Source: a virus (taxonomy: Duplodnaviria; Caudoviricetes). From it: a stretch of 64,000 nucleotides of DNA. Location of the stretch: the IMG/VR virus record IMGVR_UViG_2847593706_000001, positions 22,144 to 86,143 of that record; one strand, written 5' to 3'. Under the pieces are notes generated by a model. It had not been told where the DNA came from, ran no database searches, and saw only the letters and a program-made list of their open reading frames with translations. The position numbers and the translations under genes were made by a program. This document shows, one piece after another, positions 10,559 through 19,407 of the stretch (position 1 is the stretch's first letter; every line of letters begins with the position of its first letter).

Positions 10559-10661
10559 ATTTAAAGCACTTAAAAGATCTTCTGTGCTGATTAGGGTTTA
10601 TTGAAATTAAATGATCATTGAATGTTTACTAACCACCCCGTTCGATAAGTGCTTTATTATT

Positions 10662-11557
10662 TTAATTCGTTTTTAAACTTTCATAATATTCCTGGATGAA
10701 CTCTTCATGATCTTTTTGTTCAGAAGCCCAAATAAGAATGTCATAAGCTTTAGTTTCCTTTATATTTTGCAGGTTTGACTTTTCATTGTTCCGGTAGAAT
10801 ATCGTTCCCTTTTCGGCAACATATGTCAAGAATGCTACCCATCCCCATTTTTCAAAGTGCGCTGCTAAATTTGGTCCATCTCCTGATTTTCCTCCTGTGA
10901 ATACACTAAAGTTTCCAAGTACATATTCATTGAATTCTGCAAAAAAAAACCTAGCGCCATTGTTATATCCATAGGTAAATCATACATTAATTCTAGTCTT
11001 TCGTTACCAGGTGAAAGCCAACTTTCTTGAAACTCTTCTCCTTCTTTTTTAAGATAGATAGCAGCCAGGTAGGGGATGGCTTCCCATTTACCAACAGATA
11101 ACTCCTGCATTTGCTTAATAATCTGTTTTGAAGTAATCAGCTCATTGAAGGTGATCTTACTTTCATTAGAAAGGACTGGTGGCTCAATCTTCCAGAATTC
11201 GTCATTAAATAAATAATCTGTTTGTAACTCAATATGGTCCTGCTCTTCAAACAACTGGTGAAAACATGAAAAATATAATTTCATTACATCATCAATGTTC
11301 ATTTCATTTTCAACTTCTTCAATCGGAATTCCCGTGAAATATGAAATATTCATTACTGCAATGGAAACATTCATCAGAGAAATATCCATTTCATCCACTT
11401 CCAGTTCATTCCCATCTTCATCCTTCTGGAAAATATTGTCGTGAAGCTGCTTTATTTCTTCCCTAAATAACTGATCAAATCCAATTCTTTGACGAACTGT
11501 GATCTGATTAAGTGTAACGGGCAATGAATACTTTTTTCCTTTGAAGTGAAAATCCAT
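10662..11557 (-). CDS. Tail assembly chaperone long form (gpGT-like, about 298 aa) via -1 frameshift at 10941-10949
   Basis: GGT TTT TTT TTG slippery run; -1 frame open for 92 codons (AEFNEYVLGNF...HFEKWGWVAFL...SLKTN*) filling the otherwise empty gap. Confidence 0.7.
10865..11557 (-). CDS. Tail assembly chaperone short form (gpG-like, 230 aa)
   Basis: Acidic helical protein ending shortly after a slippery T9 run. Confidence 0.65.
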   Translation of the reverse strand: MDFHFKGKKYSLPVTLNQITVRQRIGFDQLFREEIKQLHDNIFQKDEDGNELEVDEMDISLMNVSIAVMNISYFTGIPIEEVENEMNIDDVMKLYFSCFHQLFEEQDHIELQTDYLFNDEFWKIEPPVLSNESKITFNELITSKQIIKQMQELSVGKWEAIPYLAAIYLKKEGEEFQESWLSPGNERLELMYDLPMDITMALGFFLQNSMNMYLETLVYSQEENQEMDQI

Positions 11558-12273
11558 TATTTCTTGTTTTGGTTTGGCGTTGTAGTCGTTTTATTGCCTT
11601 TAGAAACCTGATCTGTTTCAAGGTTTTGGTTTGCAACAACAGTAGGCGTTTGAGATTCTTGGATTGCAGTTTCAGCCGGATCCGGAATCTGTTGTTCCTT
11701 TTTCTGATCAGTTTGACCAGTCTTCACTTCATTGTCCAGATTTACATTACCAGTTGAGGCTTCGTTAAGTACTTTTTTTGCAGCTTCTCTTTCTGTTTCA
11801 AGGTTTTGGTTTGCAATGATCTTTTCCTTGATTTTTTCAATATAAGCACCATCAATTTTGGCTTCTCTATAATCATTTAGACCAGCAACCTTTGCAACAC
11901 CACGTATTTCAATTTCTTTTAAAGAATCTAATAAATCAATGTTATCTCGGTTAAGCAAATTATCATGAAGCAGCTGGATTGTTTCCTTGAATGATTCTTC
12001 ATCAGAAATTGAAATTGGCGTAAGTTGTAATGTTTTCGGGACAGGTGTTTTAACTTGTTTACCTAATACTGATGTTAGTGGTTGAGGCTTAAATGCTCCT
12101 TTGCCTTCACTTCTGACGGTACCGGTTGCGTATGAAAGGGAATTGACATATTGATTAAAAACCGATTCAGTTCTTATACAAAAGGTTAGATTATCCTGAT
12201 GCCTTTTGAGGATCTTTGCTTTCATTTCCTCAACATCTTTGATTGTTTCTTCAACTTGTTCTGGATTTAGCAT
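11557..12273 (-). CDS. Hypothetical phage protein with low-complexity C-terminus (238 aa)
   Basis: ORF track; internal 25-bp repeat (ANQNLET twice). Confidence 0.7.
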   Translation of the reverse strand: MLNPEQVEETIKDVEEMKAKILKRHQDNLTFCIRTESVFNQYVNSLSYATGTVRSEGKGAFKPQPLTSVLGKQVKTPVPKTLQLTPISISDEESFKETIQLLHDNLLNRDNIDLLDSLKEIEIRGVAKVAGLNDYREAKIDGAYIEKIKEKIIANQNLETEREAAKKVLNEASTGNVNLDNEVKTGQTDQKKEQQIPDPAETAIQESQTPTVVANQNLETDQVSKGNKTTTTPNQNKK

Positions 12274-12310
12274 AATTAGTAAGATTAAATGTTTGTGTAA
12301 ATTTAAATAA

Positions 12311-12337
12311 AAAATATTGTTTTTAAAACAATATTTT
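12311..12337. promoter_or_regulatory. Palindromic operator, copy 3 (core 12315-12333, extended 27-bp palindrome)
   Basis: AAAATATTGTTTTTAAAACAATATTTT. Confidence 0.7.
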
Positions 12338-13901
12338 AATCTAAAAAGTTTAGTAACTCAAGACCATTGTCAAAATCTCTGGAAGAGTGGGAGTGTACAG
12401 GTGCAATTTGATTCACTTTATAATACCACCATTCATTCATCATAAAGCCATCAAGAACATCCGGGCTTTCTCCACTAAGAAGATTTTTCATTTCGCTTTT
12501 CTTCATTATACGAAGTTTCCCTTCATCATCAATCTTATCTCGCTTGATTGCCTTTCTTTCCCATATCATTCTTTCTTTCAATGTCATTTCATCATCATAT
12601 CTCTTGTTCGCCACTTCGGGAGGAATGTAATATTCACCCATTGAAACGGCTTCACCTGACTTGTAGTAGCACTGAGTTTTGAGATTGAAATAATTTTCAA
12701 TTTCTTCTGTTTCATCATTTGGTAACGGCCGTGAACCGTTATTGAATTCTTGAGCACCTTGAATGAACCCATCAACGAATTGGCCAACTCCGTCATTGTC
12801 AAATAGGATATTGCTTTCCGGAACATTGTATGAGAATGCAGCTTGCTTAATCAGGTCAATAACCTCATTACCTTTTGACTTATCCATCACAAAGAAATCC
12901 AACACACGCTTTCCGGACCAAACCCAAATGGTGAACTTGTTAGATCCTTTCATTGCAATATCGGTTGTTATACGCTTCTCACCATGAGGAACAAAAGAAT
13001 TGGTGAATATGTCCAGGAACTTCTTGAATGAATAAATATCATCACCCTTGGAAGATACCTTCCAGTTACCCAATAAAAGTCTTTGCCTTTCAGCTTCATC
13101 CTGTGCGTTGAGGTTACCTAAATAAGCCGGGTTAACTCTCAATAACTCCTGATTATCATATATTGATCCCGCAATGAATGTGACCGATTTGATAAAGTCA
13201 TTAGGCTGAACCAATCCTTTAGACTTCTGAACCTGCGCATCAATATCCTCCTGGCATTTCCGGTAAACTTCATCATAAGAGCTTCCCCAAACCAATTCAT
13301 TATTCTGATTGTAAAAGTATCTTAACACACCTTGTCTTTCCGGAATAGGAAAACCGTAATTGGGAGAATTCGGATCTTGATCAATCCACCATGCAATGAA
13401 GTCTGCAACCCAACTATCAGGATCAGGGTTGCACGTAGCTCTAACATATGGTTTTACCCCACACGTTGAACGGTTCCTTGACAGCATATAGAAGAACATC
13501 TTTCTTGAGAAGTGTGTAAGTTCGTCAAAACAGATAAGGGGAATTTCCGGACCTTGCCAGTCCATTTCATAAGTATTCGGATCCAGATGGGAAAACTTCA
13601 ATTTCACTCCACTTTCAAATCTCCATTCCAAAGTGTATTCCCGGGGATCGGCCCCGCTTATTTTACCATATATTTTTTTTGATGAATCCCATAAACCTCC
13701 CTCGGTCCTGATCATTGGGGTGGTTTTCCTGAATATAACAGCCCCAAAGTTTTCAACGTTGATGTGACGGATAGGCTCTAAAAGCAAAGAAAACGTTTTC
13801 CCTACACCTGCAGCAGCCCCGCCAATAAGAATATCAGCGGGGGAGGAAAGAGCATCCATTTGATAACCCTCTTGAGGTCGTATGATGTTGATACTACTCA
13901 C
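12336..13901 (-). CDS. terL: Terminase large subunit
   Basis: PQEGYQ, Walker A GGAAAGVGKT, Walker B ICFDE, ATCNP coupling motif, C-terminal nuclease DIA...SPDVLD. Confidence 0.95.
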   Translation of the reverse strand: MSSINIIRPQEGYQMDALSSPADILIGGAAAGVGKTFSLLLEPIRHINVENFGAVIFRKTTPMIRTEGGLWDSSKKIYGKISGADPREYTLEWRFESGVKLKFSHLDPNTYEMDWQGPEIPLICFDELTHFSRKMFFYMLSRNRSTCGVKPYVRATCNPDPDSWVADFIAWWIDQDPNSPNYGFPIPERQGVLRYFYNQNNELVWGSSYDEVYRKCQEDIDAQVQKSKGLVQPNDFIKSVTFIAGSIYDNQELLRVNPAYLGNLNAQDEAERQRLLLGNWKVSSKGDDIYSFKKFLDIFTNSFVPHGEKRITTDIAMKGSNKFTIWVWSGKRVLDFFVMDKSKGNEVIDLIKQAAFSYNVPESNILFDNDGVGQFVDGFIQGAQEFNNGSRPLPNDETEEIENYFNLKTQCYYKSGEAVSMGEYYIPPEVANKRYDDEMTLKERMIWERKAIKRDKIDDEGKLRIMKKSEMKNLLSGESPDVLDGFMMNEWWYYKVNQIAPVHSHSSRDFDNGLELLNFLD

Positions 13902-14026
13902 TATCTTGCTACATCGGCTATTTTAAACCCGAATACATAAAAATATTTTCTTCTGTTACCCTTAAACACCCATATAGATGTTGAAAATGGTGTCAGTAAG
14001 AATCTAAAATCAATTATTCTGTGCAT
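13901..14026 (-). CDS. Small protein between terS and terL (41 aa; not in ORF track)
   Basis: MHRIIDFRFLLTPFSTSIWVFKGNRRKYFYVFGFKIADVAR; stop overlaps terL GTG. Confidence 0.5.
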   Translation of the reverse strand: MHRIIDFRFLLTPFSTSIWVFKGNRRKYFYVFGFKIADVAR

Positions 14027-14028
14027 AA

Positions 14029-14547
14029 TTATCTGTTGTTATTTGGTAATTGAAATATTGTGACTTGTGAATCCCCCTTCTTTTGCTCATTGTCTTTTGA
14101 ATAGAATCCTAACATCCGGTTTATGGTGTCGATAGCCTTTAACTTATCATATGATTCTATTTTTTTGACAGTAGATTCAACAAAGGCTTCACCCCGCAGC
14201 TCCGTCTTTTCAGATTGAACCGTTACAGACTTTATTGAGGCCGAAACATCGTTTTGTAGGTCCGATATGTTTATAAGACGGCCAAGATCATCAAAATAAT
14301 TTTTCACGTCTCCAAACGCAATCTTCACAAGCTCCTGCAACACCTTTGTTTGAGTAATGTCCAATTCTTGTGATTTTTTTTCCTGAAGTTCTGAAATGTA
14401 ATTCTGAATGTCAAGTTTTGACAAGTTTTCTGATCCAATCTGTCTGGCATTATCAGAACTATATCCGGAACGGATGGCAGCCTGTGTTGCGTTGAGATCA
14501 ATCAGGTATTCTTCACAAAATCTTTTCTGTTTGTCTGTAAGGTTCAT
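14029..14547 (-). CDS. terS: Terminase small subunit
   Basis: LTDKQKRFCEEYLIDLNATQAAIRSGYS, classic Terminase_2 N-terminus. Confidence 0.95.
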   Translation of the reverse strand: MNLTDKQKRFCEEYLIDLNATQAAIRSGYSSDNARQIGSENLSKLDIQNYISELQEKKSQELDITQTKVLQELVKIAFGDVKNYFDDLGRLINISDLQNDVSASIKSVTVQSEKTELRGEAFVESTVKKIESYDKLKAIDTINRMLGFYSKDNEQKKGDSQVTIFQLPNNNR

Positions 14548-14556
14548 TCTTAAATT

Positions 14557-14835
14557 TTAAAGTCCTATATGAGCATTTAAGCTCTTAACGTATGATTCTT
14601 TCTTTGGATCAATATGACAGGTTCTTTGTACATGGTAGATCTTTATGGGGTATGCTCCTGCATCTTCTGCAAACATGAAGTCTTCTCCACACGTTGCAAT
14701 ATTTCCATTATTGTCAACCCACAAATATTTTTCTGACATAGGAAGATCTGCAATAGCTCCTGGGAAAGAATTAATCCAATGGTTCTTTGAACGTATTTCA
14801 AAAACCAATTGACCATTTATTTTTATTTCCTGCAT
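14557..14835 (-). CDS. Hypothetical phage protein (92 aa)
   Basis: ORF in compact co-oriented cluster. Confidence 0.65.
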   Translation of the reverse strand: MQEIKINGQLVFEIRSKNHWINSFPGAIADLPMSEKYLWVDNNGNIATCGEDFMFAEDAGAYPIKIYHVQRTCHIDPKKESYVKSLNAHIGL

Positions 14836-14838
14836 AAA

Positions 14839-15252
14839 TTAATATATTGGTGGTTTTGGTTGAGGTATTCTTTGATAGTGGGTGTTGAACTCCATCCAAA
14901 GATCAATTGTAGTTTCACAGTCCCAATCAATGTAATCAAAATCAATTCTATTTTCTGACACTTTGTTTTTAACCCAATAATGACCTTTCTCTTTTGGAAG
15001 GTCTTCTTCACTTTCAATTTTAATCCAACCATTATTGTCATTAATTCCATTTAAAGAAACAGGTCTTTTGAAATAGCAATATTTTGGATCATATGGGTCC
15101 ATTGTTTCAAGTTCTATTCCCTCCAACCCCTTAGAGTTCCCAAAGTCTCCCCATAGGGCCTTGAAATCACACCATCCGTTTTCATCCACATAGGGTTTTA
15201 CCTTCTCCCAGTGGCTGCTGTAGGCTTCCTGTATTTTTTCCTGCTTCTTCAT
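14839..15252 (-). CDS. DUF551-like phage protein (137 aa)
   Basis: NNGWIKIESEEDLP...THYQ...PPIY; paralogue of 17497-17970. Confidence 0.6.
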   Translation of the reverse strand: MKKQEKIQEAYSSHWEKVKPYVDENGWCDFKALWGDFGNSKGLEGIELETMDPYDPKYCYFKRPVSLNGINDNNGWIKIESEEDLPKEKGHYWVKNKVSENRIDFDYIDWDCETTIDLWMEFNTHYQRIPQPKPPIY

Positions 15253-15494
15253 TGCTTTGATTTTAGGGTTTCCAAGTCCGTATTTCCGGATGAAAGAAGT
15301 TTGTATTGCTCATTATTCAAAAAAAACAATACAGGAGTACATTTGCCAGTTTGAATATTTATTAAAGCTTTCAAATCTGCACCCATTGTTATCTGTGCCC
15401 CCTGCTTAACGCTTTTACCTTCAACGAAGGTGTCAGCACGGGTAATGTCTAAATCATTTGAGGCCATAAAAGCCATAATTTCAAGTAAATTCAT
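15249..15494 (-). CDS. Hypothetical phage protein (81 aa)
   Basis: Coupled ORF. Confidence 0.6.
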   Translation of the reverse strand: MNLLEIMAFMASNDLDITRADTFVEGKSVKQGAQITMGADLKALINIQTGKCTPVLFFLNNEQYKLLSSGNTDLETLKSKQ

Positions 15495-15514
15495 ATTGTT
15501 GTTTTTTTATGGGT

Positions 15515-16015
15515 TTATATTCCGATTTTTTTTAAGGCAGCAGGGGAGAGGTACAGGGTTATATCCGGACAATTTGCCAACTCTTCAACAGTTCGTGCGG
15601 AGAATTTTCCAAAAATGAAAAGGCCGGTTTCTTTTGAGATCATGAACCTTCTATTATTCATAAAAACAACATCTTCACCATCTTCATAATCATCTATCAG
15701 AAATAAGCATTTCTTTTTTGCTTCCTCCCATTCTCCATATTTGGCATTCTGCCCTTCATCCACACACCCTTCATTCCAAAAATCAACAGATTCTTCAGAG
15801 TGCGGTTCCATAAGAAGATTCCCTTCATTATCCATTGGGACCATCATTCCGACTTCCAATTCTTGAGTGAGGAAATCAGCATAATTTGGGACTTCCGTGA
15901 TAAATTGGAGAACCGTATATTTCGGCTCCCCAACTCTCTCTTGAATCTTACTAAACATTTTGTCACTTTGCATTTTCACAAAGCTTGTCATTGACATTAA
16001 TTCTAAATTTTCCAT
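15515..16015 (-). CDS. Hypothetical phage protein (166 aa)
   Basis: ORF preceded by TAnnTTTG promoter element (16031-16038, minus). Confidence 0.7.
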   Translation of the reverse strand: MENLELMSMTSFVKMQSDKMFSKIQERVGEPKYTVLQFITEVPNYADFLTQELEVGMMVPMDNEGNLLMEPHSEESVDFWNEGCVDEGQNAKYGEWEEAKKKCLFLIDDYEDGEDVVFMNNRRFMISKETGLFIFGKFSARTVEELANCPDITLYLSPAALKKIGI

Positions 16016-16030
16016 GAGTGTAAAGTATTA

Positions 16031-16063
16031 CAAATTTACTAAATTATTGTTTTTAAGACAATA
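16031..16063 (-). promoter_or_regulatory. Bacteroidota -7 element (TAAATTTG) with operator copy 4 (16045-16063) just upstream
   Basis: CAAATTTA on + strand; TATTGTTTTTAAGACAATA. Confidence 0.65.
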
Positions 16064-16082
16064 TAAATATTTTTAAAAATTA

Positions 16083-16391
16083 CTATTTTAAAGCCTCTCT
16101 GAACTTCTCTTTATAGTGTTCAATTTCTACTTCTTCGGTACAGCATTCAATGAATTCTTCCATGACTTCTTTCATACGGTACTCTTTACTATTTCTTAGC
16201 AAATTAAGTACTTGCTTCAGCAGGGTATCATAATCAGACTTGACTTTAATCAAATATTGATCTTGTGTCTTTTCTAATTGTTTGTGTCTGGCTATGATCC
16301 TGGCTAAACCTCTTATTTCCGATAGTGAAACGATAAACAAGCCTAAAAAAGCTATTGTTGTAAGAGATAAAATAAATTCCAATGTTGTCAT
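16083..16391 (-). CDS. Membrane-anchored hypothetical protein (102 aa)
   Basis: N-terminal hydrophobic helix followed by coiled coil. Confidence 0.6.
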   Translation of the reverse strand: MTTLEFILSLTTIAFLGLFIVSLSEIRGLARIIARHKQLEKTQDQYLIKVKSDYDTLLKQVLNLLRNSKEYRMKEVMEEFIECCTEEVEIEHYKEKFREALK

Positions 16392-16457
16392 TTGATAAAA
16401 TTGTTTTTAAAATTAAAATTTGATTTACTAATATTATTACGGTTTTCCTTACTGGGA

Positions 16458-16859
16458 TTATTTTAATTTTATCCAACCGTAATTGATCAGGGTTAAAACT
16501 GATTTTCCGTCATATGGAACTGCAAAACCTTCTGCCCTTAAATATTCATTTACTGCTGCATTGTACCCCATTGTATCATTATCTTTTGCATAATGAAGAT
16601 TAGAAGCTATTATTTTGCCATATTCAACCTTCAGATATTTTTCTGATTGATAGCATCTTTTTGCAACTTCCAAGGCTTGTTCATCAGATATTTTAAGGCA
16701 ACTATTAAGTTCTAAATGACAACTTTTAATGTGATATTTGTCCATATAGGTTCCACCGACTTTTTGACGAACATCATTTTCATTTACAGTTACTGCCATT
16801 ATTTTCTGGCCCCAGTGTAAGGCGAAGAAAAGAGATTTGTTTTCTAGTGTGTTTTTCAT
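16458..16859 (-). CDS. Hypothetical phage protein (133 aa)
   Basis: ORF track. Confidence 0.65.
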   Translation of the reverse strand: MKNTLENKSLFFALHWGQKIMAVTVNENDVRQKVGGTYMDKYHIKSCHLELNSCLKISDEQALEVAKRCYQSEKYLKVEYGKIIASNLHYAKDNDTMGYNAAVNEYLRAEGFAVPYDGKSVLTLINYGWIKLK

Positions 16860-16861
16860 GT

Positions 16862-17086
16862 TTATGGTTTTAATACGATTAAAATGTATTCTTCATCATT
16901 TTGAAGTATTTCAATTTTTTCTTTTTCAGATCCTATATAGGATTTAACAGCGTCCAGAATATTGTTTATATTTCTTCCAGAATTATCTGTAATTCTCATT
17001 AATAGGGTGAAAACAAAGTCATTTTTAAGGGAGATAACATCACCAAAATTTGCTAATTTGTATTTTAATTCTACTAGAATGTCCAT
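16862..17086 (-). CDS. Hypothetical phage protein (74 aa)
   Basis: ORF track; tight spacing. Confidence 0.6.
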   Translation of the reverse strand: MDILVELKYKLANFGDVISLKNDFVFTLLMRITDNSGRNINNILDAVKSYIGSEKEKIEILQNDEEYILIVLKP

Positions 17087-17095
17087 ATCACTGTA

Positions 17096-17494
17096 TTATT
17101 GTTTTTGAGTTAAAGTTGCTTTGTTGATGTATTCGCATTCCGGTAGGCCGAAGACGTTGAAGTGGTTTTTAAATAATTCTTGCCAAAAATCATAAGAGAA
17201 TTTGCAGGTTAAAAATGATTCAGCATCTAAAGCTATTGCTTGTTCAAGGCTTTCGGAATCTGTTTCATTTTCCCAAATAAAATTAAATTCGTCTTTTGTT
17301 AGATAGGAGAGGTCCCAAAGTATTGGCTTCATTTTAAAAGAATTAGATTTCCCCTGATATATTACTGAACTCAAATTTTTTAAATCCAAAGTTTGAATTT
17401 CAACAGAGGCGGGATAAATATTTCTTTTAAATTCTACCTGCAGTTTATACGGCAGATAAGCCGAGTATATACGTAGTTGTTCTTCTTTTGTCAT
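17096..17494 (-). CDS. Hypothetical phage protein (132 aa)
   Basis: AYLPY...KPILWDLS...HFNVFGL pattern. Confidence 0.65.
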   Translation of the reverse strand: MTKEEQLRIYSAYLPYKLQVEFKRNIYPASVEIQTLDLKNLSSVIYQGKSNSFKMKPILWDLSYLTKDEFNFIWENETDSESLEQAIALDAESFLTCKFSYDFWQELFKNHFNVFGLPECEYINKATLTQKQ

Positions 17495-17496
17495 GG

Positions 17497-17970
17497 CTAG
17501 TAAATTGGTGGTTTGTCGGTAATTAATCTATAGTGCGTGGGATCTATACTTTCTCTTATTTCATCACTGAATTCTTCGTCATTGTCACAATATGAATGTG
17601 AGATAGTAACGTAGGTATCTTGATAATTCCAGTAATGAGCTGTGGTCCATTCAGAACCATTTAAAAAACCTATTCTGATACCTTTTGGATTAAAATCTTC
17701 ATTAATCCAAGCTTTATTAAAACAAACAACCTCTCTTCCTTCATCTGGAAGAACATCTTCTACTTTTATCCAGCCGTTGTTATTTTCTATCCCATGTAGG
17801 GATAAAGGACGAAAATCAGAAAACCTAAATTCCAAAGGCTTGATTTTTTCAGTCATTTCATGTTTTTGAAAATCAGGATATTTCCCCCACCCATCTTCGT
17901 CGATGAAGTCTTTGAATTCATTATAATTGAGTCCCCAAGCCTTTTCTATTATCTGTTGTTTAGTTTTCAT
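17497..17970 (-). CDS. DUF551-like phage protein (157 aa)
   Basis: NNGWIKVEDVLP...THYR...PPIY. Confidence 0.6.
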   Translation of the reverse strand: MKTKQQIIEKAWGLNYNEFKDFIDEDGWGKYPDFQKHEMTEKIKPLEFRFSDFRPLSLHGIENNNGWIKVEDVLPDEGREVVCFNKAWINEDFNPKGIRIGFLNGSEWTTAHYWNYQDTYVTISHSYCDNDEEFSDEIRESIDPTHYRLITDKPPIY

Positions 17971-18217
17971 AAGTTTTTATTTTTTTGATAAAGGTTTCTA
18001 AGTCACAAGGATTATCTTCATGATAATCTTCTTTTATATCAAAAGTTGAATAGTCTTTTTCCTTCCAAGATTCGCGAGCGTTAGCTATAGTTGAAATTAA
18101 TCCACAAATGAATTCTTTCCCCTGAAAGAATGATAGAGGTCTAAAGCCTAACGATTCTAAAGCTTGTCTCGCTTCTTTTGTATTTTTAGTAAATGGTATT
18201 TTCTCTTCTTTTGTCAT
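17960..18217 (-). CDS. Hypothetical phage protein (85 aa)
   Basis: Coupled ORF. Confidence 0.6.
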   Translation of the reverse strand: MTKEEKIPFTKNTKEARQALESLGFRPLSFFQGKEFICGLISTIANARESWKEKDYSTFDIKEDYHEDNPCDLETFIKKIKTYEN

Positions 18218-18262
18218 TGTTTTGTTTTTTTAGATTATAGTTTTCCTGATGTCAGGAAGACG

Positions 18263-18682
18263 TTATTTTTTTATCAATCCGTTAAGGAAGTTTATTAGTC
18301 CCGGGGATTGGTCTTTAAGGAATGGTTTTGACATATCCCATTCGATCCAGTTTTCAAATTGATCGTAGAATCCGCGTGTATAAAATCCTTGACCATTATT
18401 CTCGGTAATTTCAACATGCTCATCGTACCATTCCAGCACATCGTTAAGCATTGGTTCTTTACCGATAATTAATCGTGTTTCTTGAATTACAGATATATAT
18501 TCAACCCTATGTTGTGAGAATGTTTCTACTCTATTAAAAGAGATCATTTCTTTTTCTTCCTGAGTAACAATATAACTAATGTCTTCTGAGGTTGGGTAGC
18601 AAAAAATACATCCTATACCTAATTCTTTCAGCCTCGGCAGCTTCTCCCGTATATCGGCTGTTAGCTCTTCTAATGCTTTCAT
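18263..18682 (-). CDS. Hypothetical phage protein (139 aa)
   Basis: ORF track. Confidence 0.65.
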   Translation of the reverse strand: MKALEELTADIREKLPRLKELGIGCIFCYPTSEDISYIVTQEEKEMISFNRVETFSQHRVEYISVIQETRLIIGKEPMLNDVLEWYDEHVEITENNGQGFYTRGFYDQFENWIEWDMSKPFLKDQSPGLINFLNGLIKK

Positions 18683-18990
18683 TTGATAAAGTTTTCGCAG
18701 TTAAGTATGGAGTCTTTGTCAACTGTAAGATTGTCCGCTCCGGCTTGATAGTATTTTAATTGCTTATCTGTCTTGAAGTGGCCATCGTGAAAATTAATTC
18801 GGGCTTTCTCCGCTATTCTCTTCTGCTGTTCCTCCTGGACTAGATTGCAGGCAGCGAAAACATGCAACATGAATTCATCTTTATTAAGCAAATTAACCTT
18901 ATAAACATGCTGAAGTGATGGCCAATCTGTGAAGTTTTTGCTTTTCGCGTAAGCGTCGAAGATCTCTTGTTTCTCTTGGTGGCTACTCAT
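18679..18990 (-). CDS. Hypothetical phage protein (103 aa)
   Basis: Coupled ORF. Confidence 0.65.
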   Translation of the reverse strand: MSSHQEKQEIFDAYAKSKNFTDWPSLQHVYKVNLLNKDEFMLHVFAACNLVQEEQQKRIAEKARINFHDGHFKTDKQLKYYQAGADNLTVDKDSILNCENFIK

Positions 18991-19002
18991 TGTTATTTTT
19001 CT

Positions 19003-19407
19003 TTAAAGGTTGTTGTTTGAGGCGTCAGAAGTTGACGCGTTTAGTAGTTCAGGATTGGAGTGAATGTTGCCGATAACAATACTTCTTCCTGTCCTATAAG
19101 TATTTAAAATTGATTCGGCACCATTTGGAGTAATGTAAAAACCTCCTTCTTTGTAATATACAGAACCGCTCCAAACTTCATGTTTATGCTCTGGCATACC
19201 AAGAATATCCCCCTCATATATCTCTACTCCGTTTTTGTCTTTTAGCCCGGTATACTGGCCAACTGTTTCGGGAATTACTTGATAGTTGTGCGTTTCACCG
19301 TCTTTTTCGGTTTCCCAAATTTGATAATCCCCACCCCAATACATTAAATTACCTGTAACCAACTTTTCACCAATTATAGTTTTTGCTCTAAATTTTATTT
19401 CTCTCAT
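19003..19407 (-). CDS. YopX family protein
   Basis: MREIKFRAK...TVGQYTGLKDKNGVEIYEGDI...VIGNIHSNPELL. Confidence 0.9.
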   Translation of the reverse strand: MREIKFRAKTIIGEKLVTGNLMYWGGDYQIWETEKDGETHNYQVIPETVGQYTGLKDKNGVEIYEGDILGMPEHKHEVWSGSVYYKEGGFYITPNGAESILNTYRTGRSIVIGNIHSNPELLNASTSDASNNNL

